A stretch of DNA of 64,000 bases, taken from the sequence record OR525701.1. One strand, 5' to 3'. Below the pieces are notes generated by a model, which worked only from the letters and a program-made list of their open reading frames with translations, was not told the DNA's origin and searched no databases. The stretch is from Escherichia phage vB-Eco-KMB38. Both the position numbers and the translations under genes were made by a program. Shown one piece after another: positions 27,942-38,576 of this stretch (position 1 is its first letter; every line of letters starts with the position of its first letter).

Positions 27942-29611
27942 TGATGAGTGATATCGCCACCGATTGGACGATAGGAAACACCAGTTTCTTTATCAGTTAG
28001 TACCCATTTACCAGGATTTTTTGTAATCAGAGTAGCCGTTACAGGTTCTGCTACGTCATAACTAATAGAGCCGTCTTGAAGTACACGGCCCATATTACGT
28101 AATTGCTTAGTCAGAAGTTCCATACCTTTATAATATGCGGCTACCGCTTTAAGTGGATTATTCTTGAAATAACCACCTAATGCAATCCAGATAATTGCCA
28201 CTGCCAAATGATGATACTCGTTAAACGAACTCATCTTTCCATATTTGTAAACTAATGGATTGATGTTAATAGTCACATTACAAGTTGTTTCATCAATAGT
28301 AAACTGCCCCCAGGTCGGATTAGCGTTGAATTCATCATATCCTGAAACAGCGTAAAGCACTTTAGCTTCATCGTACAATTTTGGCCCGTAAATCTTGGTT
28401 TCACCAAAATATCCACGAGGGTCGATAAACTTGACTTCGCCGTTATCAGTAATCATAGTATTACTGAAGTTCGGGTCACCATGAATAACAGAGTACTGTC
28501 CCTGAGAACGGTTATGATAACGAATAAGGTGTTCTAAAGCTTGTTTCAGCATTGGCTTCAGACGTCCAATCTTAGTGTAGTTCACATGTGTGATTTTACC
28601 AAATGAATCAATCAATGGTTGAATGCTTTCACAACGATCAATAACTTTCGTATAGAATTCTTTAGTGAAATCACGACGAACAGTTTCAGGACTTACAAAA
28701 TAAGTGTCTGTGCTGAATTTCAGTGCATCTAAAATTGCATCAACAATTTGTGGACGAGCAAGACTTGATTTGGATTTAATATATTCAAATGCTGGCTTAC
28801 CTTTAATGCGTTCCATTTCAAAGTTATTTTCATTAACAGAAACTAACTGAGGAACTGAATCTGATTTCACTTTAAGATACCACGAAATCTCATCTTTCTG
28901 AAGAGCTCGTCCCTGTTCGGTTAATGCGAATTTAGTTACAGTTTCTTCACCAATTTCAACTGCATTAAAACTACGATTAAGTTCACGAACTTCATGAGCT
29001 TTTTCAAGTTTAGGCATATCACCTAAATCAATTAGATTCATAAGCTCTGATTTATTGAATGCGCTGCCGTAAAGGAATTCTACGAAATCACGTCCTTTGC
29101 AGTATTCATGAATTTCCTCATCAGTAGAACCCATATAGAATTCCCAGTCTTTGAACTGATAAATTCCTACAACATTACCACCTGTTGAACCTACGTTAGT
29201 GATATTTTCACCGTCGAAATTATATCGACATTCGTCACCCTTAACATAGATTGCGTTAACATTCCAAGACCATGAACCAAAATCAGGAATAATATCACAC
29301 CAGTTAACAATTACATTATGGCCGTCTAAATCTTTGTGTAATTTAGCAAGAGCATAAGCAGAACCATACGCTTCATCAACTGTACGAATAGTCACATTGA
29401 ACCCTTCTTGCTCACAATAAGCTCGAACGGTTTCAGCAAATTTTGAATGAACTACTACAATAATTTCATCTGCGCCAAGGTCAGAATAAATTGTATACAA
29501 ATTGCTCAGAATAGTGTCTTGTTTATAGTTAACAAGCACCTTAGGAATATGATGCGTTATTGGATACAAACGAGTTGCCAGTCCAGCACCAAGAATAACA
29601 GCTTTTTTCAT
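27926..29611 (-). CDS. bifunctional sugar-1-phosphate nucleotidyltransferase / sugar kinase (APH/choline-kinase-like)
   Basis: 561 aa; N-terminal AVILGAGLATRLYP nucleotidyltransferase motif; C-terminal IHGDPNFSN Brenner-type kinase motif. Confidence 0.7.
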   Translation of the reverse strand: MKKAVILGAGLATRLYPITHHIPKVLVNYKQDTILSNLYTIYSDLGADEIIVVVHSKFAETVRAYCEQEGFNVTIRTVDEAYGSAYALAKLHKDLDGHNVIVNWCDIIPDFGSWSWNVNAIYVKGDECRYNFDGENITNVGSTGGNVVGIYQFKDWEFYMGSTDEEIHEYCKGRDFVEFLYGSAFNKSELMNLIDLGDMPKLEKAHEVRELNRSFNAVEIGEETVTKFALTEQGRALQKDEISWYLKVKSDSVPQLVSVNENNFEMERIKGKPAFEYIKSKSSLARPQIVDAILDALKFSTDTYFVSPETVRRDFTKEFYTKVIDRCESIQPLIDSFGKITHVNYTKIGRLKPMLKQALEHLIRYHNRSQGQYSVIHGDPNFSNTMITDNGEVKFIDPRGYFGETKIYGPKLYDEAKVLYAVSGYDEFNANPTWGQFTIDETTCNVTININPLVYKYGKMSSFNEYHHLAVAIIWIALGGYFKNNPLKAVAAYYKGMELLTKQLRNMGRVLQDGSISYDVAEPVTATLITKNPGKWVLTDKETGVSYRPIGGDITHQWERI

Positions 29612-29644
29612 GTTGAAGTCCTCATTGGTAAGTAGGAGTATTGT

Positions 29645-29788
29645 ACACTATTCTAGTTAAAGCATTCATACTTTGCTTGTAGTCCAATCATAATCCATCC
29701 AATTACAAGTGTTGGAATCATTACCGGAGCCGTTAAGCTCCAGTAGATAGTCATGACAAGCATCAATAGTAAAAGTCCTATTGTTATT
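29645..29788 (-). CDS. small hydrophobic peptide (47 aa)
   Basis: hand-translated ORF MKAITIGLLLLMLVMTIYW... between SIS gene and kinase gene; below ORF-track cutoff. Confidence 0.3.
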
Positions 29789-29792
29789 GCTT

Positions 29793-30428
29793 TCATTGCT
29801 CGCCTCGTAACATGGCACCTAGTGCACCGCCAGGGTGGAACTTAAGGAAATCATTAGAGGTAAATCCACGTTCAGACGAAAGGTTGATAGCAAACGTATC
29901 GATAAGCGCTAACAACAATGTAGTGGACATAGTCGGAGCCAGAGAATTCTCATCAACCTCTACCGCGATGCCGGTGCAGAACGTATAATCAAAAAGAGCT
30001 TCGTATTCTTGTGGAATGTCAGGGTTACAATGTAACAGAATCTGTTTAACCTGAGGACGAATCATACGAAGATGTTTAGCAACACCTATCATTTCTTCAG
30101 TCTTACCAGAACGACTGATGTGGACTAATACATCATTAGGTGCAATAAATCCTGCGTCACCATGAGAATAATGCCCGGTATTCAAATACATGCTAGGAAT
30201 ACCTAGTGAAGCAAAAGTCTCGGAAGCTTTAGTTGCGATATTAGCATTCTTACCAACACCTGTAATAATTACCCGGCTTTCATAATTACTAAGTCCAGGG
30301 CGTCGAAGAGTTTCTAGAATAGCATTATAACGAGCAGGGTTTTGACTAATTACTTTAGCCATAGTGGCAAGAGATGAAGCTTGTTTTACGATTGCGTCAA
30401 TAGCGATAGTAATAGGAGTAGTTTTCAT
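29793..30428 (-). CDS. SIS-domain sugar-phosphate isomerase, arabinose-5-phosphate isomerase (KdsD/GutQ/KpsF)-like, no CBS domains
   Basis: 211 aa; VIITGVGKNANIATK..HGD..ISRSG and LAPTMSTT...FHPGGALG motifs parallel KdsD SIS domain. Confidence 0.75.
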   Translation of the reverse strand: MKTTPITIAIDAIVKQASSLATMAKVISQNPARYNAILETLRRPGLSNYESRVIITGVGKNANIATKASETFASLGIPSMYLNTGHYSHGDAGFIAPNDVLVHISRSGKTEEMIGVAKHLRMIRPQVKQILLHCNPDIPQEYEALFDYTFCTGIAVEVDENSLAPTMSTTLLLALIDTFAINLSSERGFTSNDFLKFHPGGALGAMLRGEQ

Positions 30429-30468
30429 ATTTCTCTCATTTAATTAGTTGGCCGTCCTTGGCATTATA

Positions 30469-33180
30469 TCAAAAATCAAACATATCGAACAGAGATGCTT
30501 TCTTCTCGTAATCGAGTTTCGCTGCTGATGTGAATCCTTCAAGTGGTTTAATAAATGTCTTCTCAAGGAGAACAGTGTAGTCCATCCAATGAAGTACATC
30601 GTCTTTAATTAAATCTGTGATTTCAGTACCAGAAGGCCATGCGATACATTTATCACCGAATGGGTTTCCTTCACGTAAAGGCAGAACATATACTTTTTCA
30701 CCTTCTACAACTTGTGGTGCATCAATATTACCTTTGATAGCTCGGTTATATGTCAGAATTCCACGAATATGGAACGGACATTTAGGACCAGGGAATCCAC
30801 CGACATCATATTTAGCAATGTTATTCGCAGAAGATACCGACGCGATGCTAATATAATTCAATTGACGGAATTCTTTTTCAAACTCTTTAAAATATTCTTG
30901 TAATGATTCTTCACCTTCTTGAAGCATACGACGAATACATTCTTTAAGAGCTTTCTGTACTGCTTTAGGGGTCGAAGATTTCTGAGTCTCTAGACCCATG
31001 ATTTTGAGTTTAGGCTCAGCGTAACGAGTGCCTTCCATATCCCACACGTTTAATGCATAACGTTTCTTACCAGTCCAGAATCCACCAATACCTTTAGAAC
31101 CGAGCGGAGGCCCAGCAATAGCTTCTCGGTCCATGAACATCAAATGTTGCTTATTATTCATGTATTCGCACATTTCACGGAAACCTCTATCAATAGCAGG
31201 TTCCATACGTTCACGAGCGAACTTATCTAAGAAGTCTACCCAATGGTTGGTATCACGGAATTTAGATTCACCAACCTTATCGATAATTTTATCAGCAGAT
31301 ACGTAAATAGAGTCTGTATCACCATAAAGAACGAAAGCTTCACCTTCTGTACCACAAACTTCATTCAGATATTCATTAACTTTACGTTCAATCCACTGTA
31401 AAGCCATTTGCCCGAATGTTGTGATTGCAGTAGCATTACGCAAATCATAATAACGGAACCAAACGTTTCCAAGTGCACCATAAAGTGAGTTGATAAGCAA
31501 TTTACGGTTAATTTGGGCAGTCATACCTGCAACTTCAGTACGTTGAGCTCTAAACAACATTTCATTAAGAGATTTAGCAGACAACTTTTTAATCTTTTCT
31601 TTAATCTCATCACTGAAGTCGAAACGATAATCAACATCTAATGGTTCGTCAACAGAAAGATTAGGATTATGCAATGCCTCTTTAATTATTTCACCATTAC
31701 GTTGAGCTGCAAGCATGTAACCTTTATGTTCTTTACGTTGATTAAAGACCTTAGTGATTTCAGTTGGAACTACACCATCACGGTCTTTATAATACATCAT
31801 GCCGTTAGGAGAGCAACTGTACACATCTGAAGGACGTTCAGCGATTGCGTTAATATAATCATGCAGTGGAGCTACTTTAAACGTTCCTGCTATTGTTTCC
31901 GGGCTAATATTCACTTGGCGAATAATACTTGGATACAGAGATGTAAGGTCGAAACTCATTACATATTTGTATCGATTTGGAATAGGTTCCTTAACAAAAG
32001 CGCCAGGATAAGGTTGAACCGGGTGAGAACGACCTTGTGGAATCACCTTGTTTTGTTCTTTAAGGCTATTAAAAATAATAGCATCCCAAGTTTTAATTGG
32101 ACTGAACACAGATTGAATCTGAATTTTAGCATAATAACCCATGTCCAAACTCAAGTTGATGAACTGACGCTTAGCATCAATTTGCAATACACGATATACG
32201 TCGATAATGTTATAAGAAATATATCGTTGGTGATTGCTTTCACGAAGTTTAGAAATAGGACCGTCGTATTTCAGTTTACCAACGTTCAATTCAAATTCTG
32301 AAATGTAATCCAGAGAATACGACGGTTGGTTCGTGAAAGAGAACTTTTTGTAAAGGTCAATGTAATCAAGAACAGAGATACCGAACAATGTAATGATTTC
32401 ACGAGAACCATACATGTTTTCGATAACTTTAACACGAGTTTTACGATGTGGTGATAAACGTTTCGCAGTAGATTCGCCAAAAATATTCTTGATTCGGTTA
32501 TACACATATGGAATATCAAATGACTCAACGTTCCATCCAGTCAAAATGACAGGAGTTTTCTGTTGCCAGAAGTTGAGATATTCCATCAACAATTCTTTTT
32601 CGTTATCGAACGGCATATAAATGATTTTATCGATAATTTCAGATGGAACTTCATCACCGCCTTGTTCTTGAAGCTTAGCAGCGATTTCAATAGACCATTC
32701 TTCTACATTACCATATGGAGAATTCAATAGATCAAATACGTAGAACCTGTCGTCAATTGAGTCATAATGGGTGATAGCATCAATCGGATGTTTTGCTTGT
32801 GACGGCTCAGGGAACCCATCCGGAGATGTTACTTCGATGTCGAAGTTAGCCACACGAATTTTTGTATGGTCGTATTTGATTTCATAGTTATAAGTGTCAG
32901 ACAAATACGCCAATTTGAAATCGTCCATGCCAAGTGCTTCAAGTCCGATATCTTCCATGCGTTTAATCCATTGGGAGGCATCACGCATATTAGCGAACAA
33001 CTTACGAGTACACGGCTTACCGTAGATATCGAAATATTTCGTAGCCTGACTTTCTGGACAATGAGCAAACAGTGATGGTTTATATTCTACTTCACGAGTA
33101 CGTTCACGGCCATTAGAATCGATGTAACGTTCAAAAATTGAATCACCAATCTGTTCAACCGTTAAGTAAAATTCTTTCAT
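30469..33180 (-). CDS. 43: DNA polymerase (family B, with 3'-5' exonuclease)
   Basis: 903 aa; exo motif FDIEVTS, pol motifs DLTSLYPSII and YGDTDS; sequence matches my recollection of RB69 gp43. Confidence 0.95.
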   Translation of the reverse strand: MKEFYLTVEQIGDSIFERYIDSNGRERTREVEYKPSLFAHCPESQATKYFDIYGKPCTRKLFANMRDASQWIKRMEDIGLEALGMDDFKLAYLSDTYNYEIKYDHTKIRVANFDIEVTSPDGFPEPSQAKHPIDAITHYDSIDDRFYVFDLLNSPYGNVEEWSIEIAAKLQEQGGDEVPSEIIDKIIYMPFDNEKELLMEYLNFWQQKTPVILTGWNVESFDIPYVYNRIKNIFGESTAKRLSPHRKTRVKVIENMYGSREIITLFGISVLDYIDLYKKFSFTNQPSYSLDYISEFELNVGKLKYDGPISKLRESNHQRYISYNIIDVYRVLQIDAKRQFINLSLDMGYYAKIQIQSVFSPIKTWDAIIFNSLKEQNKVIPQGRSHPVQPYPGAFVKEPIPNRYKYVMSFDLTSLYPSIIRQVNISPETIAGTFKVAPLHDYINAIAERPSDVYSCSPNGMMYYKDRDGVVPTEITKVFNQRKEHKGYMLAAQRNGEIIKEALHNPNLSVDEPLDVDYRFDFSDEIKEKIKKLSAKSLNEMLFRAQRTEVAGMTAQINRKLLINSLYGALGNVWFRYYDLRNATAITTFGQMALQWIERKVNEYLNEVCGTEGEAFVLYGDTDSIYVSADKIIDKVGESKFRDTNHWVDFLDKFARERMEPAIDRGFREMCEYMNNKQHLMFMDREAIAGPPLGSKGIGGFWTGKKRYALNVWDMEGTRYAEPKLKIMGLETQKSSTPKAVQKALKECIRRMLQEGEESLQEYFKEFEKEFRQLNYISIASVSSANNIAKYDVGGFPGPKCPFHIRGILTYNRAIKGNIDAPQVVEGEKVYVLPLREGNPFGDKCIAWPSGTEITDLIKDDVLHWMDYTVLLEKTFIKPLEGFTSAAKLDYEKKASLFDMFDF

Positions 33181-33238
33181 TTAATTTCCTTTAGACGAGT
33201 TATTGTCTTTTGTTTGTTGATGAACTTATTATACTCCA

Positions 33239-33258
33239 AATGGGACCGAAGTCCCATT
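33239..33258 (-). terminator. hairpin AAUGGGAC-UUCG-GUCCCAUU between regA and gene 43
   Basis: 8 bp stem with UUCG tetraloop; could also be part of the gene 43 mRNA leader. Confidence 0.5.
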
Positions 33259-33261
33259 GCT

Positions 33262-33630
33262 TTAATTACCAATTGTATATTTTGCTTTCAAAGTCCAGTC
33301 ATCTTTCTGTTTAAAAGAGATAACACGGAAGTTATTAGTCAGGCCAAACAGATCTTCACGAGCAGAGTCTTCAATAACAATCAATCCCCAGTCTTCAAGC
33401 AACTGGGCAATCGAATCACGTCGCTGATAGTCTTCACCATCAATATCAACCTGACGTCCATCCATACGCAACATTTCTTTAAAGTGGACGATGTAGTATT
33501 TACCTTGCTTTTGGAGGATATGACAGGACTGATAAAGAACTTTATCCTTGTTATTAGCGATGCCCATACGGGTCAAAGTCTCTTTGACTTTCAGAAAATC
33601 TTCAGGGTTCTTCAATTTAATTTCAATCAT
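33262..33630 (-). CDS. regA: translational repressor RegA
   Basis: ORF-track 33262..33639; start re-set to MIEIKLK; near-identical in pattern to T4 RegA (LKVKETLTRMGIANNKDKVLYQSCHILQK). Confidence 0.85.
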   Translation of the reverse strand: MIEIKLKNPEDFLKVKETLTRMGIANNKDKVLYQSCHILQKQGKYYIVHFKEMLRMDGRQVDIDGEDYQRRDSIAQLLEDWGLIVIEDSAREDLFGLTNNFRVISFKQKDDWTLKAKYTIGN

Positions 33631-33632
33631 TT

Positions 33633-34196
33633 TTACCATTCCAATGCTAATTTTTTAAATTGTTTTTGTTCTTTCACATTTTTTGTAACTTCTTTGAGAA
33701 ACTCATCAGTGACCATGGCCTTCAGTTCTTTAAGGACTATTGGCAACTTGTTATTTTTTTCAAGGAGCCGCTTATACTCGGTAGCATCATTCATGTTGAT
33801 TGTGTAATGTTTCATCAACAGTTTGATAACTAGTAACTCTGAAGTGTCTTCGACTAGTTTAGCCCATTTAGAGAATCGACGGCCATGTGGAATTGCCGCC
33901 ATCATATAGTTGAAGTGCGCTTCATCACTTAATTCAGAACCGACTAAGTTCATCATGTAAACAGCTGGCATACATTCTGGGAACTGGGATAATGAGTTCT
34001 CAACCATAAATTTTGAGTAGTCGACCTGAGCAATTGACATAGATTTCTTTTCATTAATAGCATTAATGATTTTAAAGAATTCATTCTCAGGTTTTTCTTT
34101 AAACATATCAGCACATTTTTGAATCGCATCAGCGTCATTAGACTTCCATGCAATTTGGTGCTCGTTAAGCCGGACGTCATCATCGAATAAGTTCAT
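33633..34196 (-). CDS. 62: clamp loader small subunit
   Basis: 187 aa, same length as T4 gp62, synteny regA-62-44-45. Confidence 0.8.
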   Translation of the reverse strand: MNLFDDDVRLNEHQIAWKSNDADAIQKCADMFKEKPENEFFKIINAINEKKSMSIAQVDYSKFMVENSLSQFPECMPAVYMMNLVGSELSDEAHFNYMMAAIPHGRRFSKWAKLVEDTSELLVIKLLMKHYTINMNDATEYKRLLEKNNKLPIVLKELKAMVTDEFLKEVTKNVKEQKQFKKLALEW

Positions 34197-34197
34197 A

Positions 34198-35160
34198 TTA
34201 TTTCCAAGTCAGTTCGCAGGTCAGTTGAAGAAGCATATACATAACATGTAATTCAATATTACTTGCTAATCCATGAAACTTATTATTTTCGCCTGCAATT
34301 TCATAAAGCGAAATAATACTTTTACCTGGTGCAACTTTGTCATAACACTCAGAAACTAATTTATCGATGAACCATGAATAATCAGCGGCATATTTTGGAG
34401 CTAATGCACGAAGCTGTTTGATATCTTTATTTTTCATTGCTTCTATGACATCATCTACCGTGCCACGATCATTGGTTACAATCGACAAAATACCTGCATC
34501 AAGAACACCTTTAGACGAGTACTGGTCTAATTGACCAATTGTACGACGAAAGTCTGGGAAGTTCTTTTTAACCAGAGCTGCAACAACTTTCATATCAGCG
34601 ATTTCGATATTTTCGTTCTTACAGATTTCAACCATACGATGAATCATTTTCTTCATCATCGATATTTTATCTTCTTCGGTTGGACGTCCGAATTCGATAA
34701 CTCGACAACGACTACGTAACGGTTCGATAATTCCATCGATGTTGTTGGCAGTAATAATAATAGAACAGTTACTAGAGAATTCTTCCATGAATGTACGAAG
34801 GTGACGTTGTGATTCAGCGAGGCCACTACGGTCAAATTCATCAATAACAATAACTTTAGGCTTGCCTTCCATTGAGACTGAACGAGCGAATGCAGTTAAT
34901 GGACCACGCACAAAATCAATCTTACAATCAGAACCGTTGACGAACATCATTTCGGCATTGATATCATTACATAATGCTTTTGCTACGGTTGTTTTACCGG
35001 TACCAGGAGATGGAGAGTGTAAAATAATATGAGGAAGTTTTCCTTTAGATACTAAAGACTTGAATGTTTCATGGTCATACGCAGGCAGAATACATTCGTC
35101 AATGGAAGAAGGACGATATTTCTGTTCTAGAATGTGTTCTTTGGAATTGATAGTAATCAT
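34198..35160 (-). CDS. 44: clamp loader large subunit (AAA+ ATPase)
   Basis: 320 aa; Walker [11 protein letters not shown]. Confidence 0.85.
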   Translation of the reverse strand: MITINSKEHILEQKYRPSSIDECILPAYDHETFKSLVSKGKLPHIILHSPSPGTGKTTVAKALCNDINAEMMFVNGSDCKIDFVRGPLTAFARSVSMEGKPKVIVIDEFDRSGLAESQRHLRTFMEEFSSNCSIIITANNIDGIIEPLRSRCRVIEFGRPTEEDKISMMKKMIHRMVEICKNENIEIADMKVVAALVKKNFPDFRRTIGQLDQYSSKGVLDAGILSIVTNDRGTVDDVIEAMKNKDIKQLRALAPKYAADYSWFIDKLVSECYDKVAPGKSIISLYEIAGENNKFHGLASNIELHVMYMLLQLTCELTWK

Positions 35161-35235
35161 GTAATTTTCCTCATTATCATTAAACTGGAGGATTTCTCCT
35201 CCATAATCGTATCACAATAAACGTAAAGCTTTGAC

Positions 35236-35922
35236 TTAGAAGTCGTGAGTAGAATCGGCTTCCATCGCAATAACATAACTTACTTGAGAGCTTTCAAACT
35301 TAGCTGCAACTTTATCACCAGCTCCCCACAACATTACTTTATAATTACCTGGCTGGATTTTCATATTAGCCATATTGATTACGAAGTTAAAGTTATTAGA
35401 ACCGTCATAATCAGTAAGAGTCAAAGAATACTTAGGACGAGTTAGTCCGGAATCTTCAACTTTATTATAGCCATTGATAACAATTTTACCATCTTTATTT
35501 GTAATAGCAATTGTATCAATCTGAAGACCACGTGAAACTCGAAGCAATTGTTGAAGGTCTTCAGCTTTAATTTCAGTAATCACAGAAGCCACTGGGAATT
35601 GAATTGGCTTATTAGGAAAAACAATGGTGCTCTTGTCAGCGGCAGGCCAATAAACTGTGGAACGTGTATCTGCAATTTTAATATTGCCATCAGTATGCAT
35701 TGAAATTTCGGCATCATCAGACACTAGACTCAAAATGCTTAAGAAGCTATTCAAATCATAAAGTGCTACGTCAAAATCAATTTCATCAGAGATATTTGCT
35801 TCCGCATAAGTGGTGCCATTAACTGCACGAGTCATAATAAATTTACCTTGACTCAGCAGAATGCCAGAGTTAATAGAGGCAAAGTTTTTCAGAATAGCGA
35901 TAGTATCTTTAGACAGTTTCAT
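35236..35922 (-). CDS. 45: sliding clamp
   Basis: ORF-track start is TTG; re-set to ATG (MKLSKDTIAILKNF) with AAAGGAAAT RBS; 228 aa as T4 gp45. Confidence 0.85.
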   Translation of the reverse strand: MKLSKDTIAILKNFASINSGILLSQGKFIMTRAVNGTTYAEANISDEIDFDVALYDLNSFLSILSLVSDDAEISMHTDGNIKIADTRSTVYWPAADKSTIVFPNKPIQFPVASVITEIKAEDLQQLLRVSRGLQIDTIAITNKDGKIVINGYNKVEDSGLTRPKYSLTLTDYDGSNNFNFVINMANMKIQPGNYKVMLWGAGDKVAAKFESSQVSYVIAMEADSTHDF

Positions 35923-35964
35923 TTTATTTCCTTTCAAGACAATTCAAAGTTTATAACAAATTTA

Positions 35965-36381
35965 TTATGCAGCAACCATCTGCTTTTTAATAGCTTCAGG
36001 CAGTGATTCAATATATTCTGGAATTTTAGAAGCAACAATTTCGCCAGCTGCAATTAGTTGTTCGTCGGCATCAACACAGTAAAAATCTTCAAGGCGTTCA
36101 GAACCGTCTTTATCAAGAACGATTTTAGCACCTGCTTCGATAGAATCTTTATAGTGCTTACGCATCAAATGAATCCACATATCAGACACATCGTTATCAA
36201 TAAAGCCATAAATCATAAAACGAGTTTCTTGTGGCAAAGATTGGAGTTTTTTAGCACTTGCGTCATCACAATGCAGGACCCATGCTTTACGAACACGATT
36301 ATGGTTATGTGGGTTAGCGTCAGTACGGATAGAAGTAACTTTCAGATCAGCAGCAGTGAAACCTTTAGCAGTAGTAAACAT
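35965..36381 (-). CDS. rpbA: RNA polymerase-binding protein RpbA-like
   Basis: 138 aa ORF at the T4 rpbA position between 45 and 46; name by synteny only. Confidence 0.5.
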   Translation of the reverse strand: MFTTAKGFTAADLKVTSIRTDANPHNHNRVRKAWVLHCDDASAKKLQSLPQETRFMIYGFIDNDVSDMWIHLMRKHYKDSIEAGAKIVLDKDGSERLEDFYCVDADEQLIAAGEIVASKIPEYIESLPEAIKKQMVAA

Positions 36382-36393
36382 ATTATTTCTCTC

Positions 36394-36594
36394 TTATTCG
36401 TAGAAGTCGGTAACTGTCCATGCGGAATTGCGATTAGACATTATTTTATTATACTCATCTTTAAAAGCAGATTTGAGCATTTGTTCAGTAACAATATGTT
36501 CTTCACCTGAAAACGTATTGGTCAAAACATATTTTTTAATTTCAGGGACAACGAGAAGATGTTGGCCGGTTGAATACTCCATGTTGTTCTCCAT
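36394..36594 (-). CDS. small hypothetical protein
   Basis: 66 aa ORF. Confidence 0.5.
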   Translation of the reverse strand: MENNMEYSTGQHLLVVPEIKKYVLTNTFSGEEHIVTEQMLKSAFKDEYNKIMSNRNSAWTVTDFYE

Positions 36595-36636
36595 TTAATT
36601 TGATGTGGTCATTATAACCACATCATGTTAAAGCGT

Positions 36637-38325
36637 TTATGAAACAGTCATCACAGTAAATCGTCCAACTTTGCTCATTTGAAGATGTTGTCCATAAGCT
36701 TGTGGGTCATGGTCTCTGTGACTAATTATAAACACGTTTGCATCGGTTAGAGAGTTAAGAATTGTTGAAATAGCTTTAATACCTTCAGAATCAGTCGCGG
36801 AATCCATGACTTCGTCCATAATTAATGTATTGATTCTAACACCAGAGACCTTTTCAGCAATATCTCGCCATGTAAACAACAATGCGATATCGATACGTGC
36901 CTTTTCACCTTGACTAAATGAAGCATAACTGAACTCTTCACGGCCACGTGATTTTATAGATTCATTGAATTCTTCGTCAATAGAAAACACGTAATCAGCT
37001 TCCATGATTTTAAGATAATGGTTAATCTGCTTGTTGAACAGAGGCACATATTTTTTAATGATAGCACCTTTAATACCAGAATCTTTTAACATATCTGTGA
37101 TAATACCACGATGGTATTTTTCAAGAACGATATCCGATTTTGTTTTAATGATTTTATCAAGTTCTTTTTGAAGCAAAGCTATCTCATCGGCATGGTCGAT
37201 AAATTCCGCCGAGGCTTGTTCTATTGCAGCTTTAACTTTCTTAGCTTTATCAATAGTGGCAATCATTGCTTGTTTCTTGGTGCGAATATCAGATGCAAGG
37301 TCCTGCTTAGTCTTAACATTAGCTCTATATTCGTCCACTAGGACACTCAGATTATCTCTGTGGCAGGTAAGTTGCTCGAATGAGTGATTACATTCATGAA
37401 GCTTATCGGTAATCTTAGAGACAATAGGATCACCCTGGTGCAACTGTGATGCGCAAGTAGGACATGTACCGCCATCATGATACATCTTAATAACTTTGTT
37501 GTATGAGTCAATTTTAGATTTAATCAAGAATGCTTCTTGTCCTATCTTGTTGAATGCCTCAGTAGGGTCTTCATCAAGAACGATATTAAGTAGTCGCTCA
37601 TTAGCTTCTTCGATCTCTGCTTTTAATGAACGAGCTTCTTTGGCTAGGTCGTCATACATATTCTGTAGACGCGCTACATTATCACCAGATAATTTCTTTT
37701 GACGTTCGATATTTTCGTTATAAATCTTAATTTGTTGGATAATACCATCTTTCTTGGCATCGAGAACTTGTCCCTGGGAATTAAGTTCTCGAACTTGAGA
37801 CTTATTGATTTTATCCATTTCAGCGAGTGTGCCAACTTCTAAAAGGTCTTCGACAAGTTTTCTACGAGCAGGGGTGCTAAGAGCCATGAAAGGGGTATAC
37901 CCTGCCGTCCCAAGCACAACGATTTGTTTAAAAGACGCGTATGACATTCCGATGCTACGTTCAAATTCTTCTTGGAAGTCACGACTGCTGGCAGATTCAT
38001 CGAGACGAACACCGTCAACGGAGATTTCGAAAATATTGGGCTTTTGGCCGCGTCTAATGAAGTATTTTTTATCATCGAATTCCATCCAAAGCTCAACTAA
38101 GAGCTCTTTCTTGTTCGTGCTATTAATGATTTGTCCTTTCTTAACATCACGAAATGGTTTACCGAAAAGTCCGAAAGTAATGGCTTCTAACATCGTAGAT
38201 TTACCACCGCCATTTTTACCGGTGATTAAGGTCTTTTGGACTTTATCTAATTGGATATCGATAGGATTCCCACCTACCGACATGATGTTTTGATAACGAA
38301 CACGATTTAATTTAAATGATTTCAT
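36637..38325 (-). CDS. 46: recombination endonuclease subunit (Rad50/SbcC-like)
   Basis: 562 aa; Walker A GKNGGGKST, coiled-coil middle, C-terminal signature region. Confidence 0.85.
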   Translation of the reverse strand: MKSFKLNRVRYQNIMSVGGNPIDIQLDKVQKTLITGKNGGGKSTMLEAITFGLFGKPFRDVKKGQIINSTNKKELLVELWMEFDDKKYFIRRGQKPNIFEISVDGVRLDESASSRDFQEEFERSIGMSYASFKQIVVLGTAGYTPFMALSTPARRKLVEDLLEVGTLAEMDKINKSQVRELNSQGQVLDAKKDGIIQQIKIYNENIERQKKLSGDNVARLQNMYDDLAKEARSLKAEIEEANERLLNIVLDEDPTEAFNKIGQEAFLIKSKIDSYNKVIKMYHDGGTCPTCASQLHQGDPIVSKITDKLHECNHSFEQLTCHRDNLSVLVDEYRANVKTKQDLASDIRTKKQAMIATIDKAKKVKAAIEQASAEFIDHADEIALLQKELDKIIKTKSDIVLEKYHRGIITDMLKDSGIKGAIIKKYVPLFNKQINHYLKIMEADYVFSIDEEFNESIKSRGREEFSYASFSQGEKARIDIALLFTWRDIAEKVSGVRINTLIMDEVMDSATDSEGIKAISTILNSLTDANVFIISHRDHDPQAYGQHLQMSKVGRFTVMTVS

Positions 38326-38576
38326 ATGTATTCTCTTCGAATGAAGTCCTCTACATATTTTAACATGTCATCTCTATCAGCAAAATATTCATCTAGTTCT
38401 GCATACATAACAACACCTGGTGCATACTCACAGGTAACATACATTGTTCCAAAGAAACGAGGAGTTGATTCCTCGTAATTCTCAGTCCATTCAACGATAC
38501 CAATATAACCGTCACCAATACTAAATTCATGACGATGGATTTCACAATCAGTCTTCGTCATTATACGCATCCTCAA
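38322..38576 (-). CDS. small hypothetical protein
   Basis: 84 aa ORF. Confidence 0.5.
   Translation of the reverse strand: MRMRIMTKTDCEIHRHEFSIGDGYIGIVEWTENYEESTPRFFGTMYVTCEYAPGVVMYAELDEYFADRDDMLKYVEDFIRREYI

Noticed and set aside
33214-33807. 197 aa plus-strand ORF (and similar plus-strand ORFs at 31861..32301, 12134..12613, 36058..36510, 37805..38293)
   Set aside because: Each lies antisense within a well-supported minus-strand gene (43/regA/62, modA, rpbA, 46); low-complexity translations typical of shadow ORFs in AT-rich DNA.
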